This document shows, one piece after another, positions 1-11,065 of a stretch of 64,000 nucleotides of DNA (its first letter is position 1; each line of letters opens with the position of its first letter). The stretch covers positions 1,184,001 through 1,248,000 of the forward strand of contig CAWHBU010000002.1 of assembly GCA_963827685.1 (NCBI GenBank), given 5' to 3'. The notes beneath the pieces were generated by a model. It was not told the origin of the DNA and searched no databases. It was given only the letters and a program-made list of their open reading frames with translations. The DNA comes from an uncultured delta proteobacterium. Its GTDB lineage: Bacteria; Desulfobacterota; BSN033; UBA1163. The position numbers were made by a program, and so were the translations under genes.

Positions 1-576
1 GACGCAGTCAATGGTATAGGCGAACATACCGGAGAGGGAATCACCGCAATGGGCGACGGTGTCGGCTTCAAGGAAGCCGGGTCGGGATTCGTCCCATTGG
101 TTGGTTTTGATGGGGATTTGCTTTCTTAAGAGGGTGCCTGGCTTGGTGGTTGTTCTTCCCCGTTTTCTATATTGGATTCGGACGGGGGCGAGAAGTCGAT
201 CGATGGTAGGAGCAGAGATTTTCTTTAGAGCTTGGATTACCGGTAGGGGGAGAGGGTCAAAGAACTTAGCATAACCGGGGAGCCAGAGGGGTAAAATCAC
301 CTTGAGACGTTTTGAGCAAGGGAGATTAGCAGCCAGCCAGATTTGTTTAAGGGGTTTTAGGATAGATTCTTGGTGATAGAGAGGATTTCTCCCACGTTTC
401 TTTATTTTGTGTTTAATAAATCGTTTAAACCCTCGCAGGACCCGTATGGCATGTTTACGGTGACATTTACAGGTGGCACAGAATTCGTCCAAGATGGCGG
501 ATTTCTTTTTACGAGAAGCTTTTCCATAGCGTAAAGAGGTGACTTCTATATATTCCTTTTTTGACCGTGGACTCAT
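1..576 (-). mobile_element. DDE integrase-core (rve-like, ISNCY-type) transposase, 5' part; runs off the window start
   Basis: Manual translation from ATG 576: MSPRSKKEYIEVTSLRYGKASRKKKSAILDEFCATCKCHRKHAIRVL...ISAPTIDRLL...TKPGTLLRKQIPI...PGFLEADTVAHCG. These motifs are typical of this transposase group. The RBS AGGAGG is upstream. Not in the ORF track because no stop lies inside the window. Confidence 0.85.
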
Positions 577-603
577 TTTCAACCCTCCTTTTAGGGGGAG
601 TTA

Positions 604-628
604 TTCGGTAACATTTTTTATGAGGCAA
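604..628. repeat. Probable left terminal sequence of the IS above
   Basis: TTCGGTAACATTTTTTATGAGGCAA lies just upstream of the transposase and resembles ends of this IS group. The partner end is outside the window. Confidence 0.4.
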
Positions 629-700
629 TTCGCACCGTAATTTTTGCTTGAAATCCACAAAGAGAACTGGTATCATGCAAAAAAATGCGGGGGGTAAGCT

Positions 701-988
701 ATGGCGGTAAGGATCATCATTGATCGGAAGGTCAAGAAGGGTAAAGAACCGGATTTTGCCAAAATGCTCAGGGAATTGAGAGCCAAAGCAATTCCCTCAA
801 AGGGATATATCTCGGGGGAGACACTTCGGGCACAAGACGATCCCCACAACTATATTGTGATCACCACATGGCAAAGTGTGGAAGACTGGAAGGCGTGGGA
901 AAAACAACCTGAAAGAAAGAAGATCCAGGCGAAGATCGAAACATTAATGGCCAGACCCACCAAAACAAAGATATATTTGTATGCCTAA
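701..988 (+). CDS. Antibiotic biosynthesis monooxygenase (ABM) family protein
   Basis: 95 aa with the pattern GYISGETL...YIVITTWQSVEDWKAW of ABM dimeric alpha/beta barrels. Confidence 0.8.
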   Translation: MAVRIIIDRKVKKGKEPDFAKMLRELRAKAIPSKGYISGETLRAQDDPHNYIVITTWQSVEDWKAWEKQPERKKIQAKIETLMARPTKTKIYLYA

Positions 989-1018
989 CGGGTAATCGAA
1001 GTTCCAGTTTAGGGAATT

Positions 1019-1089
1019 GTCTTTGCGAGTGAAACGAAGCAATCTCGCCTTTTCCATGAGATTGCCACACACCTTTCAGCTGCTCGCAA
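1019..1089. repeat. GTCATTGCGAG-type palindromic repeat element
   Basis: GTCTTTGCGAG...GAAGCAATCTC-N11-GAGATTGC...CTCGCAA nested inverted repeats. Confidence 0.7.
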
Positions 1090-1113
1090 CAATGCTGTGT
1101 TAGCAACAATGCC

Positions 1114-1142
1114 TTGACAATCAGAAGCAGGTGTGTTAAAAA
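1114..1142 (+). promoter_or_regulatory. Putative sigma70 promoter of carAB
   Basis: TTGACA-17 nt-TAAAAA. Confidence 0.5.
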
Positions 1143-1194
1143 AAATAAAATGAAGTAAAGAAAACTTTATATGATCAAACGAGTGAGACAACTT

Positions 1195-1238
1195 AAAGAC
1201 CCTCGCTCCTGTTCAGTCGGGATCGGGGGTCTTTTTTT
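1195..1238 (+). terminator. Intrinsic terminator/attenuator in the carA leader
   Basis: Stem AAAGACCCTCG...CGGGGGTCTTT followed by a T7 run, between the promoter and carA. Confidence 0.7.
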
Positions 1239-1271
1239 ATGACCCCATTGTGCCTCACCCATTTAACATTT

Positions 1272-1347
1272 GTAGCGCCCTCATTTATTGAGGGCGCTAA
1301 AGGGTCCCGTCGGCATTCCTGCCGGCAGGCAGGAATGCCGACGCTAC
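1272..1347 (-). repeat. REPIN-like element copy 1 (GTAG...CTAC)
   Basis: Two hairpins, CGCCCTCATTTATTGAGGGCG and GTCGGCA..TGCCGAC. Reverse orientation relative to the copies at 8467 and 10998. Carries CCTGCCGGCAGGCAGG at 1318-1333. Confidence 0.85.
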
Positions 1348-1369
1348 CAAAACATTCAAGGAACCGCGG

Positions 1370-2515
1370 ATGAAATCTAAACAGAAAGCCATATTGGCCT
1401 TGGAGGATGGGGTTGCATTTGAGGGATGGTCTTTCGGGTTTTTGGGAGAAAAGACAGGAGAGGTCGTTTTTAACACCAGCATGACCGGCTATCAAGAGAT
1501 TCTCACCGATCCCTCTTATAAAGGTCAGATTGTCGTCATGACCTATCCCCTCATTGGAAACTATGGGATCAATCAAGAAGATATCGAATCCCAGGACCCC
1601 AAGGTAGAAGGGTTCGTCGTCAAAGAAAACAGTTCCATCTTCAGCAATTGGCGTGGAGATAAATCCCTCTCCGATTATTTGGTCCGTCACCGCATCATGG
1701 GAGTGGAGGGCATGGATACGCGGGCGATCACCAAGCATATCCGTCTGGCGGGTGCCATGAAAGCTGTCCTTTCGACCGATGACCTCGATCGAGATCGTCT
1801 GATTGAAAAAGCCAAGACCTCTCCGGGCTTGATCGGCCGGGACTTGGTCAAAGAGGTGACTTGTGAGAAACCCTTCCCATGGACGAGCGGTAATGATCCT
1901 CAGTTTTTAAATTACCACCTTCCACCCTCTACCTCCCACGTTCGACCCAAGGTGGTCGCTCTGGACTACGGTATCAAATATAATATCCTTCGCTCCCTTT
2001 ATGATTGGAACTGCGAGGTAACCGTCCTTCCCGCCTCCTCTGGAGCGGAATCCATTCTCTCCGCTCACCCGGACGGAATTCTTTTATCCAATGGTCCAGG
2101 TGACCCGGAGGGAGTCCCCTATGCCATTGAGGCTGTCCGCCAACTGATTGGGAAAAAACCAATCTTTGGAATCTGCCTGGGACACCAACTTTTGGGGTTG
2201 GCCCTTGGAGGAAGAACGTTTAAGTTGAAATTCGGTCATCGGGGAGCCAATCAGCCTGTCAAAGATTTAAGAACAGGTAAGGTAATGATCACTTCTCAAA
2301 ATCACGGGTTCTGTGTTGACCCTCGCTCGTTGGATCCGGCAGAGGTCGAATTCACCCAGATCAATCTCAATGACCAAACCTTGGAAGGGATGAGGCACAA
2401 GCGATTTCCGATCTTTTCCGTACAATACCATCCCGAAGCTTCTCCAGGACCTCACGATACGCAAGACCTATTCGCAGAATTCGTAAAGATGATGGAGCTT
2501 CACTCCAATGCCTAA
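1370..2515 (+). CDS. carA: Carbamoyl-phosphate synthase small subunit
   Basis: [35 protein letters not shown] (catalytic Cys), [10 protein letters not shown]. Confidence 0.98.
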   Translation: MKSKQKAILALEDGVAFEGWSFGFLGEKTGEVVFNTSMTGYQEILTDPSYKGQIVVMTYPLIGNYGINQEDIESQDPKVEGFVVKENSSIFSNWRGDKSLSDYLVRHRIMGVEGMDTRAITKHIRLAGAMKAVLSTDDLDRDRLIEKAKTSPGLIGRDLVKEVTCEKPFPWTSGNDPQFLNYHLPPSTSHVRPKVVALDYGIKYNILRSLYDWNCEVTVLPASSGAESILSAHPDGILLSNGPGDPEGVPYAIEAVRQLIGKKPIFGICLGHQLLGLALGGRTFKLKFGHRGANQPVKDLRTGKVMITSQNHGFCVDPRSLDPAEVEFTQINLNDQTLEGMRHKRFPIFSVQYHPEASPGPHDTQDLFAEFVKMMELHSNA

Positions 2516-5500
2516 GCGGACAGACATCAAAAGGATCCTGATCATCGGCTCCGGGCCTATCGTGATCAGCCAGGCCTGTGAATTTGACTACTCCGGCACT
2601 CAGGCCTGTAAGGCTTTGAAGGAGGAAGGGTTTGAAGTGGTATTGGTCAACTCCAACCCCGCCACCATCATGACCGATCCTGAGATCTCTGATCGGACTT
2701 ACATCGAACCCATCACTCCAGAGATTTTAGAAAAGATCATTGAACGTGAGAAGCCGGATGCCCTTCTCCCCACCTTAGGCGGCCAGACAGGTCTCAATGT
2801 CTCCGTCGCCCTCTATGAATCCGGAGTGCTTCAGAAACACGGCGTTCAAATGATCGGCGCTAAGTATGAAGCCATTAAGAAAGGGGAAGATCGAAATCTT
2901 TTCAAGGAATCGATGAGGAAAATCGGCCTCGATCTCCCGAGAAGCGGGTTAGCTTATTCTCTGAGCGAAGCCTTGGAGGTGGCAAAGGAGATTGGCTTTC
3001 CTCTGATCATTCGACCCAGCTTCACCCTGGGAGGGACAGGGGGTGGGGTGGCTTACAATATTGAAGAGTTCGAGGAGATGGCGGCTCGCGGACTTGAGTG
3101 GAGCATGATCGGAGAGATTCTGATTGAGGAGTCCGTTCTCGGTTGGAAGGAGTTCGAGCTGGAAGTGATGAGAGATCTCCATGACAATGTCGTCATCATC
3201 TGCTCGATTGAGAATTTTGATCCCATGGGCATTCATACAGGGGACAGCATCACCGTTGCCCCGGCTCAAACATTAACAGACAAAGAATATCAGAGGATGA
3301 GAGACGGAGCCATTCGAGCCATTCGGGAGATTGGGGTGGAGACTGGAGGATCGAACATCCAATTCGCAATTCGTCCAGAGGATGGACGAATGGTTATCAT
3401 TGAAATGAACCCCAGGGTCTCGCGCTCTTCAGCCCTCGCCTCCAAGGCGACTGGATTTCCCATCGCCAAGATGGCGGCGAAGTTGGCCGTCGGATACACG
3501 CTCGATGAAATTCCCAATGATATTACGAAAAAGACGCCTGCCTGTTTTGAGCCCACCATTGACTATTGTGTCGTGAAGATTCCAAGATTCACCTTCGAAA
3601 AATTTCCCGGAGCAGATCCAACGCTGACCGTCTCGATGAAATCGGTCGGTGAGACCATGGCGATCGGCCGGACCTTCAAGGAAGCCCTTCAGAAAGGACT
3701 CCGCTCTTTGGAAATCGGGAGACACGGTCTGGGAGCGGATGGAAAGGATAAATTACCTTTCCCCACTGAGATATCCAGTGAAAGTGCCCGATCCAACCTC
3801 CTCCAAGAGGTAAAGAAAAAGCTCTCCACCCCGAATGCGGAACGGATCTTTTATCTCCGACACGCTTTGCTCTTGGGGATGAAGGTTGAGGAGATCCATG
3901 AGTTGACAAAGATCGATCCCTGGTTTCTCACCAATATTCAGGAGATCACAGACCTTGAAAAAGAGATTCGCTCTTATGGAGCGAAGGTGCAGGACCTGGA
4001 GCTCTGGAAAAAAACCCTGACTCCTGATCAATTTCAACTTCCAGAGCCTCTCTTAAGGAAGGCAAAGGAGTTCGGTTTCTCTGACTACCAACTGGGTCAC
4101 CTCCTCGGGTTTGACGAAACCACTCTTCGAAATGTGAGAAAGGAGAAAGGGATTCATCCCACTTACAAACTGGTGGATACCTGTGGGGCCGAGTTTGAAG
4201 CCTACACCCCTTATTACTATTCGACTTACGAAACAGAAGATGAATCCAAGGCTTCTTCGAGAAAGAAGGTCATGATTTTAGGGGGAGGTCCCAATCGAAT
4301 CGGCCAGGGGATCGAATTCGACTACTGCTGTGTCCATGCCTCGTTTGCCTTAAAAGAATTGGATTATGAAACGATCATGGTGAACTCCAATCCGGAAACA
4401 GTTTCGACGGACTACGACACCTCTGACAGACTTTATTTCGAACCCCTCACCTTTGAAGATGTTCTCCACATCATCGATGCCGAAAAACCTGATGGAGTGA
4501 TCGTCCAATTTGGAGGCCAAACCCCTCTCAACCTGGCCGTGTCTCTGGAGAGGGCAGGAGTGAAAATCATTGGAACGAGTCCTGATAACATCGATCTGGC
4601 AGAAGACCGAAAACGGTTCAAAGCCCTTCTCAAAAAGTTAGGCCTCATCCAGCCTTGGAATGGTACGGCCAATTCAGTGGAGGAGGCGAGAAGGGTTGCG
4701 GAAGAGATCGGCTATCCGGTCGTCGTGAGGCCCTCTTATGTATTAGGGGGAAGGGCCATGGAGATTGTTTACGATGAGGAAGCCTTAGAAGGTTTTGCCC
4801 GCCGTGCGGTGGAAGCCTCTCCTGAACACCCCATTCTCATCGATAAATTTTTGGAGGACGCCATCGAGATTGATGTCGATGCGGTCGCCGACGGAGAAAC
4901 CTGTGTCATCGCCGGGATCATGGAGCATATCGAAGAGGCCGGGATCCATTCTGGGGACAGCGCTTGTGTCACGCCTCCTTATTCTCTCAGTGATGATCTG
5001 ATCGAGGGTTTGAAACGAAACACCTATGCCTTGGCCAAGGAGCTCCAGGTGGTCGGCTTGATGAATATTCAATATGCGATCAAAAACGATATCATCTATG
5101 TCCTGGAAGTCAATCCCAGGGCCTCCAGGACGGTTCCCTTCATCAGTAAGGCGACCGGAGTTCCCTGGGCAAAGGTAGCTGCCAAAGTGATGGTGGGGAA
5201 AAAACTCGATGAATTGGGGATTCGGGAAGAAGTTGAAATCCAGCATATAGCTGTAAAGGAATCCGTCTTCCCGTTCAACCGTTTCTATGGAGTCGATACC
5301 GTGTTAGGTCCGGAAATGAAATCGACCGGAGAAGTGATGGGGATTGATACCGATTTTGGAATGGCTTTTGCCAAATCTCAAATCGCCGCAGGGGTTAATA
5401 TCCCTTTGAAAGGGAAAGTTTTCATCAGTGTCATGAATAAGGACAAACGTTCCATCGTCTTCCTCGCCAAGAAACTGGTTGACCTCGGATTTGAGATCGT

Positions 5501-5861
5501 AGCCACCAAAGGAACGGCTAAAGTCTTAGCCAATAACGGAATTCCTGTCCAAACGGTCTTTAAGTTTGGGGAAGGAAGACCGGATATTGTCGATCAGATG
5601 AAAAATGGAGAGATCCATCTGGTGATCAATACCCCCAGTGGAAAGAAACCCAAGGCAGATGAAGTGGCCATAAGAAGCCAATCCGTGGCACACAACATCC
5701 CCTGCGTGACCACTCTCTCCGGTGCGGAGGCAGTCGTCAATGGTATCGAATCCTTGAGGAGAGGCATGTCGGTGAAGTCGGTCCAGGAATACCATCGGAA
5801 TATTTCACCTTCTTCCCCTTTACTTCAAAAACCCTTGAGCGCTCATCCCACGATCGGGTAA
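2508..5861 (+). CDS. carB: Carbamoyl-phosphate synthase large subunit
   Basis: MPKRTDI...[18 protein letters not shown], duplicated ATP-grasp domains, C-terminal MGS domain. Confidence 0.99.
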   Translation: MPKRTDIKRILIIGSGPIVISQACEFDYSGTQACKALKEEGFEVVLVNSNPATIMTDPEISDRTYIEPITPEILEKIIEREKPDALLPTLGGQTGLNVSVALYESGVLQKHGVQMIGAKYEAIKKGEDRNLFKESMRKIGLDLPRSGLAYSLSEALEVAKEIGFPLIIRPSFTLGGTGGGVAYNIEEFEEMAARGLEWSMIGEILIEESVLGWKEFELEVMRDLHDNVVIICSIENFDPMGIHTGDSITVAPAQTLTDKEYQRMRDGAIRAIREIGVETGGSNIQFAIRPEDGRMVIIEMNPRVSRSSALASKATGFPIAKMAAKLAVGYTLDEIPNDITKKTPACFEPTIDYCVVKIPRFTFEKFPGADPTLTVSMKSVGETMAIGRTFKEALQKGLRSLEIGRHGLGADGKDKLPFPTEISSESARSNLLQEVKKKLSTPNAERIFYLRHALLLGMKVEEIHELTKIDPWFLTNIQEITDLEKEIRSYGAKVQDLELWKKTLTPDQFQLPEPLLRKAKEFGFSDYQLGHLLGFDETTLRNVRKEKGIHPTYKLVDTCGAEFEAYTPYYYSTYETEDESKASSRKKVMILGGGPNRIGQGIEFDYCCVHASFALKELDYETIMVNSNPETVSTDYDTSDRLYFEPLTFEDVLHIIDAEKPDGVIVQFGGQTPLNLAVSLERAGVKIIGTSPDNIDLAEDRKRFKALLKKLGLIQPWNGTANSVEEARRVAEEIGYPVVVRPSYVLGGRAMEIVYDEEALEGFARRAVEASPEHPILIDKFLEDAIEIDVDAVADGETCVIAGIMEHIEEAGIHSGDSACVTPPYSLSDDLIEGLKRNTYALAKELQVVGLMNIQYAIKNDIIYVLEVNPRASRTVPFISKATGVPWAKVAAKVMVGKKLDELGIREEVEIQHIAVKESVFPFNRFYGVDTVLGPEMKSTGEVMGIDTDFGMAFAKSQIAAGVNIPLKGKVFISVMNKDKRSIVFLAKKLVDLGFEIVATKGTAKVLANNGIPVQTVFKFGEGRPDIVDQMKNGEIHLVINTPSGKKPKADEVAIRSQSVAHNIPCVTTLSGAEAVVNGIESLRRGMSVKSVQEYHRNISPSSPLLQKPLSAHPTIG

Positions 5862-5876
5862 ATTGAGGTCATTATT

Positions 5877-6389
5877 ATGGGAGTTTTGACAAGAGAAGAA
5901 ATCTTGAAAGAAATCAGCCAGGGAACCATCGAGATCGAACCTTTCGAGAAGGACCAGGTCGGTCCGGGTTCCGTTGACCTCCATTTAGGAAATGAGTTCA
6001 GAGTTTTTAAGAAGCTGAGAAATGCCTGCGTGGTTGAAGATAATATTTCGGTTGAAGACCTCACGGAACGTCTCGAGACAGAAGAATCCTTCACGCTGAT
6101 GCCGGGTGAGACGGTCCTGGGAATTACTCACGAAAGAATTAAGCTACCTGCAAATATTTGTGGTTGGCTCGAGGGAAGGAGCCGCTTTGCCCGAATGGGC
6201 CTGGTCATTCACATGACCGCAGGATTCGTTCAGCCTGGGATAAACAATCGCCAGGTGCTTGAGATCGGAAACCTGGCGCCGTTTCCTCTTGTCCTCAAAC
6301 CCGGTGTCCGGATCTGTCAGATCATCCTCGAGCGCACTGAGGGAAAAGCCTCCTATCAAGGTAAATTTATGAACCAAAACCGGTTATAA
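5877..6389 (+). CDS. dcd: dCTP deaminase
   Basis: PGSVDLHLG, EGRSRFARMGL, LEIGN, RICQI, Y.GKF. Confidence 0.9.
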   Translation: MGVLTREEILKEISQGTIEIEPFEKDQVGPGSVDLHLGNEFRVFKKLRNACVVEDNISVEDLTERLETEESFTLMPGETVLGITHERIKLPANICGWLEGRSRFARMGLVIHMTAGFVQPGINNRQVLEIGNLAPFPLVLKPGVRICQIILERTEGKASYQGKFMNQNRL

Positions 6390-6397
6390 ATGATAAG

Positions 6398-6531
6398 AAC
6401 CAAATCCCAAACACCAAATAACAAATAAATCCCAATCAGCAAAATTCTAAATTTCAAACAAAATGGTTTTGGTCATTGGGACTTTGGATTTTGGAATTTG
6501 TTTGGAATTTGTAATTTGGAATTTGGAATTT
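6398..6531. repeat. Inverted array of ~7 bp periodic repeats (AAATCCC/AAATTCC vs GGAATTT)
   Basis: A CAAAT-rich arm followed by a complementary TTGGAATTT arm. Confidence 0.8.
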
Positions 6532-6581
6532 ATAGTTATAAAGCCCGTTTTAATACATCCATGTTGGGTTAGGGATTTAGG

Positions 6582-7328
6582 ATGAATAGGTATTCCATTG
6601 GCTCCATTGTTGGTATTTTATTGCTATGGGAGCTTATCGTGAGATGGCTGGAGATTCCAAAATTTCTCCTTCCCACACCGACTGCAATCATCTCTTATAT
6701 TATTGCTAAATTTCAACTCCTCGCCTCCCACACGCTCATGACCTTTCTGGAAGCAGGGGCCGGCTTCATCGTCGGGTCTCTATCTGCCATTGCGACAGCC
6801 ATTCTCTTTCTCTGGTACCGGCCTCTGAAGGAAATGTTCTACCCCTATGCCGTAATCCTAAACAGTACTCCGATCGTTGCCATCGCTGCACCCATTGTGA
6901 TCATCTTCGGAAGTGGTATGGGCTCCAAAGTCGTGACCGCCGTCATCTGTGTCTTCTTCCCGGTTTTAGGACCAACCTATAAAGCCCTTGCCTCGGTGGG
7001 CGCCACAGAGATGAAATGGATGGACTCTTATCATTCATCCAGATGGCAAACATTTTGGTATCTCCAATTTCCCTTTGCTCTTCCTCAGATATTTGCAAGT
7101 TTTAAAGTCGCTTGGACATTGGCCGTGATCGGTGCCGTCGTGGGGGAGGTCTTTGGGGCTTATCGGGGACTAGGGTTTCTCATCGTAGATGCCATCTACA
7201 TCATGGATACCCCCAGGGTTTTTGCCAGCATTATCGCCTGTTCACTGCTTGGACTTTCTTTTGTCGGAATGATCACCCTCATTGAAAAAAAGACCATCGC
7301 TTGGCATATCTCTGAAGAGAGGAGGTGA
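6582..7328 (+). CDS. ABC transporter permease (SsuC/TauC/NMT1-type)
   Basis: LLPTP, six hydrophobic segments, LQFPFALPQIF, AVIGAVVGE, GLGFLI. Confidence 0.9.
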   Translation: MNRYSIGSIVGILLLWELIVRWLEIPKFLLPTPTAIISYIIAKFQLLASHTLMTFLEAGAGFIVGSLSAIATAILFLWYRPLKEMFYPYAVILNSTPIVAIAAPIVIIFGSGMGSKVVTAVICVFFPVLGPTYKALASVGATEMKWMDSYHSSRWQTFWYLQFPFALPQIFASFKVAWTLAVIGAVVGEVFGAYRGLGFLIVDAIYIMDTPRVFASIIACSLLGLSFVGMITLIEKKTIAWHISEERR

Positions 7329-7332
7329 TTTT

Positions 7333-7434
7333 AAGTTCGGAGTTCGGAGTTCGGAGTCTAAAGTTCAAAATCTAAAGACAACAAGAGATTGAAATTTTAT
7401 TATTACGCTATGCCCTATGCGCTTTGCGCTATGC
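7333..7434. repeat. Heptamer tandem repeats (GTTCGGA)n and (CGCTATG)n-like
   Basis: AGTTCGGAGTTCGGAGTTCGGAG and ACGCTATGCCCTATGCGCTTTGCGCTATGC. Confidence 0.75.
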
Positions 7435-7460
7435 TGTTTAAAACCAGAGGAGGAAATAAC

Positions 7461-8441
7461 ATGAAGAGATTCTTATCATGTTTTATATTGTTCACGGTCA
7501 TGAGTCTGCCTTGCTATGCCATCGGCCAGGAAAAGGAGGCCATTGTCCATGAGGCCTGGTTTGTCCATATGGAATCAGCAGGCGGCTGGGTAGCCACCGA
7601 TAAAGGTTTCTACGTAAAGATGAAAGTGAAAGAGGTCCAGGGAGGACCCGGGATTTCTCCGATTCAAAAGGTGGTGGCTGCGGCGAGGGCCGGAAACATC
7701 GTTTTTGGAAATGATTATCCGGAAAATATTATTCGAGCAAGAGAAAAAGAAGGGATCAATCTGGTTGCCCTGAGCGTCGATTTCCAAAGCAGTGCTATGA
7801 GAATTATCAGTTGGATTCCGATTAATTCAGCAAAGGACATAAAGGGAGATTTCGGCATCTGGATTGGTTACGATTCCAAAGCAAAATGTGCTGTGGGCAA
7901 AGGATGGGAAAAACAGTTTACCATCCAAAACCAGGGCGGGGATATCAAGCCTTGGCTTGCCAGGACCTGGCCACTCGCCTCTGCGATGACCTATAATGAA
8001 TTGATCACCGCACAGCGCGAGGTGAAAAAAATGGGGAAAACATTTTACACGATCGACTATAAAGATTTGGGGATTGACTGGATGGATAATGTCCTCTTCA
8101 CGACAGAGGAAATCATCAAGAAATATCCAGATGTCGTCCAAGCGGTCGTGACGGGGAGATATAAGGGGTTCTTGTGGGCTCTTGAAAATCCCAAAGAGGC
8201 CTTTGGCGTTTTGAAAAAGATCAACGAGGGTCTCGACTTTCCGCACGAGATGGATGCCGTGGCTCCGATGAAGGCCTTAATGATCACCCCTGATACAAGA
8301 AAGAACGGTTTGGGTTACATTCTTCCAAAGAAATGGGAAAATGTGGCAAAGGATATGTTCAAGGCCGGGCTCTTAGAAAAGACGGCAGATGTAAAAAAAG
8401 TCTATACAGAGAAATTTGCAAGCGGGGTGGTTCCTAAATAG
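7461..8441 (+). CDS. ABC substrate-binding protein, NMT1/THI5-like
   Basis: Start moved to ATG 7461 (RBS GGAGG). Signal peptide, VATDKGFY, VQGGPGISP, YNEL, KGFLWALENPKEA. Confidence 0.8.
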   Translation: MKRFLSCFILFTVMSLPCYAIGQEKEAIVHEAWFVHMESAGGWVATDKGFYVKMKVKEVQGGPGISPIQKVVAAARAGNIVFGNDYPENIIRAREKEGINLVALSVDFQSSAMRIISWIPINSAKDIKGDFGIWIGYDSKAKCAVGKGWEKQFTIQNQGGDIKPWLARTWPLASAMTYNELITAQREVKKMGKTFYTIDYKDLGIDWMDNVLFTTEEIIKKYPDVVQAVVTGRYKGFLWALENPKEAFGVLKKINEGLDFPHEMDAVAPMKALMITPDTRKNGLGYILPKKWENVAKDMFKAGLLEKTADVKKVYTEKFASGVVPK

Positions 8442-8466
8442 TTTACCAATCAAACGTGGCAATCCT

Positions 8467-8529
8467 GTAGCGTCGGCATTAACTGCCGACGGGATTTCTC
8501 AATTCGCCCCCAGTAAATGGGGGCGCTAC
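8467..8529 (+). repeat. REPIN-like element copy 2 (no micro-palindrome insert)
   Basis: GTAGCGTCGGCATTAACTGCCGAC...CGCCCCCAGTAAATGGGGGCGCTAC. Confidence 0.85.
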
Positions 8530-8558
8530 AGTTTTAAACACAAAGCAGGAGACCTTGA

Positions 8559-9530
8559 ATGACCGAGCGGACCTTTCTCGAAAATGTAGGCAACCCTTAC
8601 AGCATCAATGCGATTGGAAGTGCCAGGGCATGGGAGGTACGTCATCTCCGAAATGACCCAACCATCCCCCCTTTGATTTATGTCATTGAAAGCGATATCG
8701 GTCAACAATTTCTTCTTGGAAGAGAAATCAGCGGCCGACCAAAATTCAATATGATCCGTTACATTGCCAAATCTTTCGCTGAATTATTTATTGAGCAACT
8801 TAGCCGTAAAGGATTATGTCAATACATTATTCTCAGGGGGGCCTACCCTTTCGATCTCCAATATGCCTTCGGGTTTGCCGCACCCTATGACCGCATGCTG
8901 CTTCCGACCGGTTTCATCAAGCTTCAGAGAGTTCTCAACCAGAAAGGCACAGACTGGGAGATTCATGCCCAAAACTTTATCGGAGAATATCAGGGGGATG
9001 CCTGGCTGATCCCCGATACAGCCATTGCCTCGGGTTCGACAATCGCTTACTTTTTAGGAAACGCTTTTGCTCATCATCTGCCAAAGCAGGTCTATATCAT
9101 CACGGCATGCGGGAGCCTGGAGGGTATCCAGCGAATTTATCAAGAATGTTTGAAGAAGAAGGTGGAATTAGTCCCTGTCTTCTCTCAATGCATCTTCGAG
9201 GTTTCAAAAGTGGGAAACCTTCCAAGACTTCCGCTCACCGACCTTTCCATGATTAGCCCCGGTTCCATTACAACCAAAGAACTCTATGAAGGAGCGTTTC
9301 GCCGGTACCAGGGGACCCGGATGTGCTGTGTCGGCGATATCGGGGAGAGTTTGGAGGACCCTGTAAAATATTCCATCCATACCCTCTGGGAGATGCAGAT
9401 CCTGGGAATGGATCCGAAAAAAGAAGATTGGGATGCCTGGACAGTTGATGTTCGGACGGAAGAAATGAAGAAGAAGGTCCATGATTTCAATCCTTCTCTT
9501 GCTGATTATTTTAAGGAAATATGGAAATGA
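8559..9530 (+). CDS. Divergent type I phosphoribosyltransferase-like protein (UPRTase-like)
   Basis: IILRGA resembles the UPRTase ILRAG motif; LIPDTAIASGST resembles a PRPP-binding loop; ACGSLEGI; VGDIG. Confidence 0.55.
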   Translation: MTERTFLENVGNPYSINAIGSARAWEVRHLRNDPTIPPLIYVIESDIGQQFLLGREISGRPKFNMIRYIAKSFAELFIEQLSRKGLCQYIILRGAYPFDLQYAFGFAAPYDRMLLPTGFIKLQRVLNQKGTDWEIHAQNFIGEYQGDAWLIPDTAIASGSTIAYFLGNAFAHHLPKQVYIITACGSLEGIQRIYQECLKKKVELVPVFSQCIFEVSKVGNLPRLPLTDLSMISPGSITTKELYEGAFRRYQGTRMCCVGDIGESLEDPVKYSIHTLWEMQILGMDPKKEDWDAWTVDVRTEEMKKKVHDFNPSLADYFKEIWK

Positions 9531-9696
9531 CTGGCAGGGTTGGCGGTGACGGAACCCAAAACAATTGCTGAACCACCAAAAGAAGCAACTTATGGGCCAT
9601 TGCGGACGGGTGAACCACAGATGGGTGTTACACCGCTGAGTTCTACTGCATCGCCTGGATCCTCGTACAAGATTGACGATACGGAGAAACAAATTA

Positions 9697-10235
9697 GTAA
9701 AGAACCCCGCAGCAGAGCTGCGGGGCATTAAAATTCAAAACTTAATTGCTCCTGTTGCTGATACTTTATATAGCGACGTATGACTTCAGAGGTAACTTTG
9801 TCTCCAACAGACCGAACAAAATACCCATCACTCCAAAACTCTCCACCCCAAAGCTCTTTCTTCACCTCTGGAAACTGCTTGAACACCATTTTCGCCGAGA
9901 TACTCTTTATGATCTGCACAATCTCTGCCGGACAATACCGAGGAGGGGCAGACAAAAATAAATGAACATGATCATCCTTTACCTCCATCGTATCTATCTC
10001 AAACTCGTACCTCTCCGATATTTGCTCAAAACTCATCTTAAGCCTTTTTGCCAACTCACCTCCCAATATCATCTTCCGATATTTGGGAACCCATACCATA
10101 TGATATTTCAAATCGTAGACCGCATGGCTTGTTCTTTTTATCGAGCTCATGCAGTACTTATACCATGTCTTATCGCTTCGCGAACCTGTTTTCATCCGCC
10201 CAGCAGAGCTGGGCGGTATTCAACAGGTATTTTTT
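9697..10235 (-). mobile_element. IS200/IS605-family element A (tnpA only)
   Basis: Subterminal hairpins CCGCCCAGC-AGA-GCTGGGCGG and CCCCGCAGC-AGA-GCTGCGGGG. Inserted 3' of TTTAT on the minus strand. Confidence 0.9.
9728..10150 (-). CDS. tnpA: Y1 HUH transposase
   Basis: HAVYDLKYHMVWVPKYR, DHVH (HUH), LWGGEFWSDGYF, YIKYQ. Likely start ATG 10150. Confidence 0.95.
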   Translation of the reverse strand: MSSIKRTSHAVYDLKYHMVWVPKYRKMILGGELAKRLKMSFEQISERYEFEIDTMEVKDDHVHLFLSAPPRYCPAEIVQIIKSISAKMVFKQFPEVKKELWGGEFWSDGYFVRSVGDKVTSEVIRRYIKYQQQEQLSFEF

Positions 10236-10466
10236 ATAAATTGGCATCACCTATTGGGCTTTTTACAAAGTTTGCTAATGCTCTGCTTTCTCAAACTGAG
10301 AGAATGGAATCGCAGAAAATAGACACTCCCGCAATAGAATATTACAGGAAGGGATTTAGTGATGTCGTTTTCATTCTAAATAACTCAGTGAATGGAACGA
10401 AAGTTCCTCTTTATTATGATGAGATTTTTAAACAAAACAACTAAGCATGAGAAAAGGGGGAGGCAA

Positions 10467-10844
10467 GTGCTCTCAAATCTTGCCCTCCCCTTTCTTTGCG
10501 CAATCATTGTTTTGGGTGGAGGAATGAAGGTTATGGCTGATTCCTCCCACGATCTTTACTATTTTTATCAGGAGGGATGCTCAAAATGTAACCGAGTGAA
10601 CGTCCTTCTCAACCATATGGTTAAGAAGTATCCCCAATTGAATATCAAAGAGGTTGACCTCAATACACTGGACGGACAGCTTTTAAATGAAACCCTGTCC
10701 AACCGTCTCAATCTCTCTATGGAGAAACGTTTGATCGCACCAAGTATTTTTATTGGAAATGACTATATCTCTCCAGATGAAATCACAGAATCCAGGGTGG
10801 AGGCATTGATCCAGAAATACTTGAGAGGCTCAGAGAAGAGATGA
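10467..10844 (+). CDS. Exported thioredoxin/glutaredoxin-fold protein (CSKC), possibly a fragment of a larger CcdA-type protein
   Basis: GTG after GGAGG, hydrophobic N-terminus, YFYQEGCSKC, APSIFIG. Confidence 0.55.
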   Translation: MLSNLALPFLCAIIVLGGGMKVMADSSHDLYYFYQEGCSKCNRVNVLLNHMVKKYPQLNIKEVDLNTLDGQLLNETLSNRLNLSMEKRLIAPSIFIGNDYISPDEITESRVEALIQKYLRGSEKR

Positions 10845-11065
10845 TAAAAACTCTTCCACTCCTACTTCTTTGTGCAATCATCATTGGATTATTAGTCTAC
10901 GGATCACGCATCCGAAATGAGGTATGGACTGATGAGATCCGGCTTTGGTTGAATTGCGTTAAGCACTCACCTCAGAAAGCCCGACCTTACAATATCCGCA
11001 GCGTCGGCATTCCTGCCTGCCGGCAGGCAGGTACTGCCGACGGCATCTTCAATCGCCCCCAATAA
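10841..11065 (+). pseudogene. TMTC-like/TPR protein fragment truncated by a REPIN
   Basis: RNEVWTDEIRLW...SPQKARPYN is the usual lead-in to TPR repeats, and the frame then runs straight into repeat DNA. Confidence 0.6.

Larger units (their letters stand above)
9540..10444 (+). pseudogene. Hypothetical ~120 aa gene interrupted by an IS200-type element
   Basis: Removing 9697-10235 joins ...DDTEKQI to N-KLASPIGLFTKF...KQNN* in frame. Confidence 0.55.

Noticed and set aside
983-1014. GCCTAAC...GTTTAGGG after the ABM gene as an attC site
   Set aside because: Only ~30 bp, no L boxes, and the R' box is imperfect.
1160-1200. PyrR-binding RNA in the carA leader
   Set aside because: No ARUCCNGNGAGGYU-like motif found.
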